Below, piece by piece: positions 62,794-64,000 of a stretch of DNA of 64,000 bases. Both the position numbers and the translations under genes were made by a program. Below the pieces are notes generated by a model. It made no database searches. It was given only the letters and a program-made list of their open reading frames with translations, and had not been told where the DNA came from. Source of the DNA: Candidatus Woesearchaeota archaeon (GTDB lineage Archaea; Nanobdellota; Nanobdellia; Woesearchaeales; GW2011-AR4); the NCBI GenBank assembly GCA_016187495.1, contig JACPJP010000012.1, positions 81,150 to 145,149 on the forward strand, in the 5' to 3' direction. Within the stretch, counting starts at the first letter, position 1, and every line of letters starts with the position of its first letter.

Positions 62794-64000
62794 ATGATAA
62801 TAAAAAAATTGTTATTCACAATTATAACATTCTCATTTTTTCTACTCTTATTGTCTAGCATGGGGGTTGCGCAGGAGGATTTCAAAGCGACTACTATCCC
62901 TTCAGTTGAGTTGTGCCCGTGCTCGAACCAAGCTTATATGATAGCGGTTGAGAATACTGGGAATGTTGCAAGTTCTTACCTGGTTTTGGCCGATAAGGAT
63001 CTTTCAGAGTGGGTTGCATTTAGCCCTAATAGATTTACTTTGCAGCCAGGACAAAAAGGAAGCTTTTCCGTTATTGTCAATTCTGATTGCAACATAGAAG
63101 GCAGTTTTGACCTTGAGGTATTTATTGCAACAAATGCAGGATTGGCAAAGTCCCTTAAGCAGGAGCTTAATTTTCTGGAATGCTATGATTATTCTCTTCA
63201 GGAAGGGGAAATTACAGATGCCGATGATAAAATAAAGTTTATTGCCCATAACGGCTCTTATGAGCTATGCGAAAATGAGCAGAAAGCAATCCCTATTTTA
63301 GTCACAAATAATGAGAATTTTGCCAACATTTACAAATTAAAAATGGATGCGCCTAAATGGGCTTCACTAAATGCAAATGAGGTTCAGCTTAATGCAAAAA
63401 GCTCAGGAGTTTTGCTGATAAATTATGGTGCAATTAATGTCGAGGGAGAATTTAAATTTAAAATTGATGCAATAAGCAGGCTTGGAGAGGTTCAGAAGAA
63501 AAAAAGCATAGATGCTGATGTTGGAGAATGCTATGCGCTGGATATTGAAATTGAAAAGGATAAGGACGTTGTTTGCGGAGGAGAAGAAAATGCTTATGAT
63601 ATTTCTGTCAAAAATAGCGGAGATATCGACCGTAATATTGTGGTTGGGGTAGAAGGGCATGATTGGGCAAGCATTGAAAATGGCTCTCTTTATCTGGAGT
63701 CAGAGCAAGAAAAAACACTTAAGCTGAAAATAAATCCAGAAAATGATGTTTCCGGGAATTTCTTGGTCGAGGTTTTTTCAGTTGCGAACAATAAAACTGG
63801 GTTAAGGTTTTCTGATACAATTTCCCTTGATGTTGTTCCAAGTGCGGCTTGCTATCAGGCAAAAATAGATGCAAAAGATAGTGTAAAAAATTCTTACAGC
63901 AGGGATTTTATTTCTGCCAGGATAAAGAATAATGGAATAAGAAACGCGAATTATTCTGTAAGCGTGGACGGGCCGTCATGGGTAAATGCAGCTCCGAAAA
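62794..64000 (+). CDS. Secreted multi-domain surface protein (COG1470/CARDB-like repeats); 3' end runs off the window
   Basis: Not in the track (no stop). Own translation from the ATG at 62794 is open to nt 64000: MIIKKLLFTIITFSFFLLLLSSMGVAQ..AYMIAVENTGNVASSYLVLADKDLSEWVAF..; repeated ..V.N.G.....Y.........W... modules. Confidence 0.75.
   Translation, partial: MIIKKLLFTIITFSFFLLLLSSMGVAQEDFKATTIPSVELCPCSNQAYMIAVENTGNVASSYLVLADKDLSEWVAFSPNRFTLQPGQKGSFSVIVNSDCNIEGSFDLEVFIATNAGLAKSLKQELNFLECYDYSLQEGEITDADDKIKFIAHNGSYELCENEQKAIPILVTNNENFANIYKLKMDAPKWASLNANEVQLNAKSSGVLLINYGAINVEGEFKFKIDAISRLGEVQKKKSIDADVGECYALDIEIEKDKDVVCGGEENAYDISVKNSGDIDRNIVVGVEGHDWASIENGSLYLESEQEKTLKLKINPENDVSGNFLVEVFSVANNKTGLRFSDTISLDVVPSAACYQAKIDAKDSVKNSYSRDFISARIKNNGIRNANYSVSVDGPSWVNAAPK

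Noticed and set aside
1-64000. A window-wide look for rRNA, tRNA, CRISPR repeats, reverse transcriptase/DGR components, restriction-modification or other defence genes, and a SIS-domain GmhA.
   Set aside because: None was recognised by eye. Absence is not proven without tRNAscan/Infernal/HMM runs.

Overview
AT-rich (by eye about one third G+C, not computed), densely coding window. It reads as an archaeal cell-envelope glycosylation super-island. The archaeal call rests on two AglB/STT3-type oligosaccharyltransferases (WWDFGHW motif), S-layer-type proteins, a geranylgeranyl-reductase homologue, and TTTAAATA/TTTATATA boxes 23-27 nt upstream of several start codons. A DPANN-like host is only an inference. 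I call about 57 CDS. They include: at least 7 GT2 polyprenol-phosphate-type transferases; 2 GT9 heptosyltransferase-like genes; GT4-type transferases; 6 polytopic GT-C-like membrane proteins (2 AglB, 1 ArnT/PMT-like, 1 YfhO-like, 2 uncharacterised paralogues); and a seven-gene ADP-heptose operon (hldC, gmhB, hldA, hldD plus DUF1643, a cupin and a free-standing LAGLIDADG endonuclease). There are also three NDP-sugar tailoring modules (C-methyltransferase; WecB-like; gmd/aminotransferase/carbamoyltransferase), an MBOAT with two SGNH/DltD-like partners, and four secreted or anchored surface proteins, one of 1613-1620 aa with about 115 N-X-S/T sequons. One IS4/Tn5-like insertion sequence has perfect 17-bp terminal inverted repeats. 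Unexplained non-coding or odd signals: a 165-nt strongly paired element between aglB and the reductase gene (ncRNA or MITE candidate); three in-frame hairpin repeats inside a methyltransferase gene; a GC-rich divergent intergenic block; and tandem cytoplasmic peptide repeats at the AglB N-terminus. No rRNA, tRNA, CRISPR array, reverse transcriptase or recognisable defence system was seen. All family assignments come from motif recognition by eye; no database search, HMM or folding program was run.
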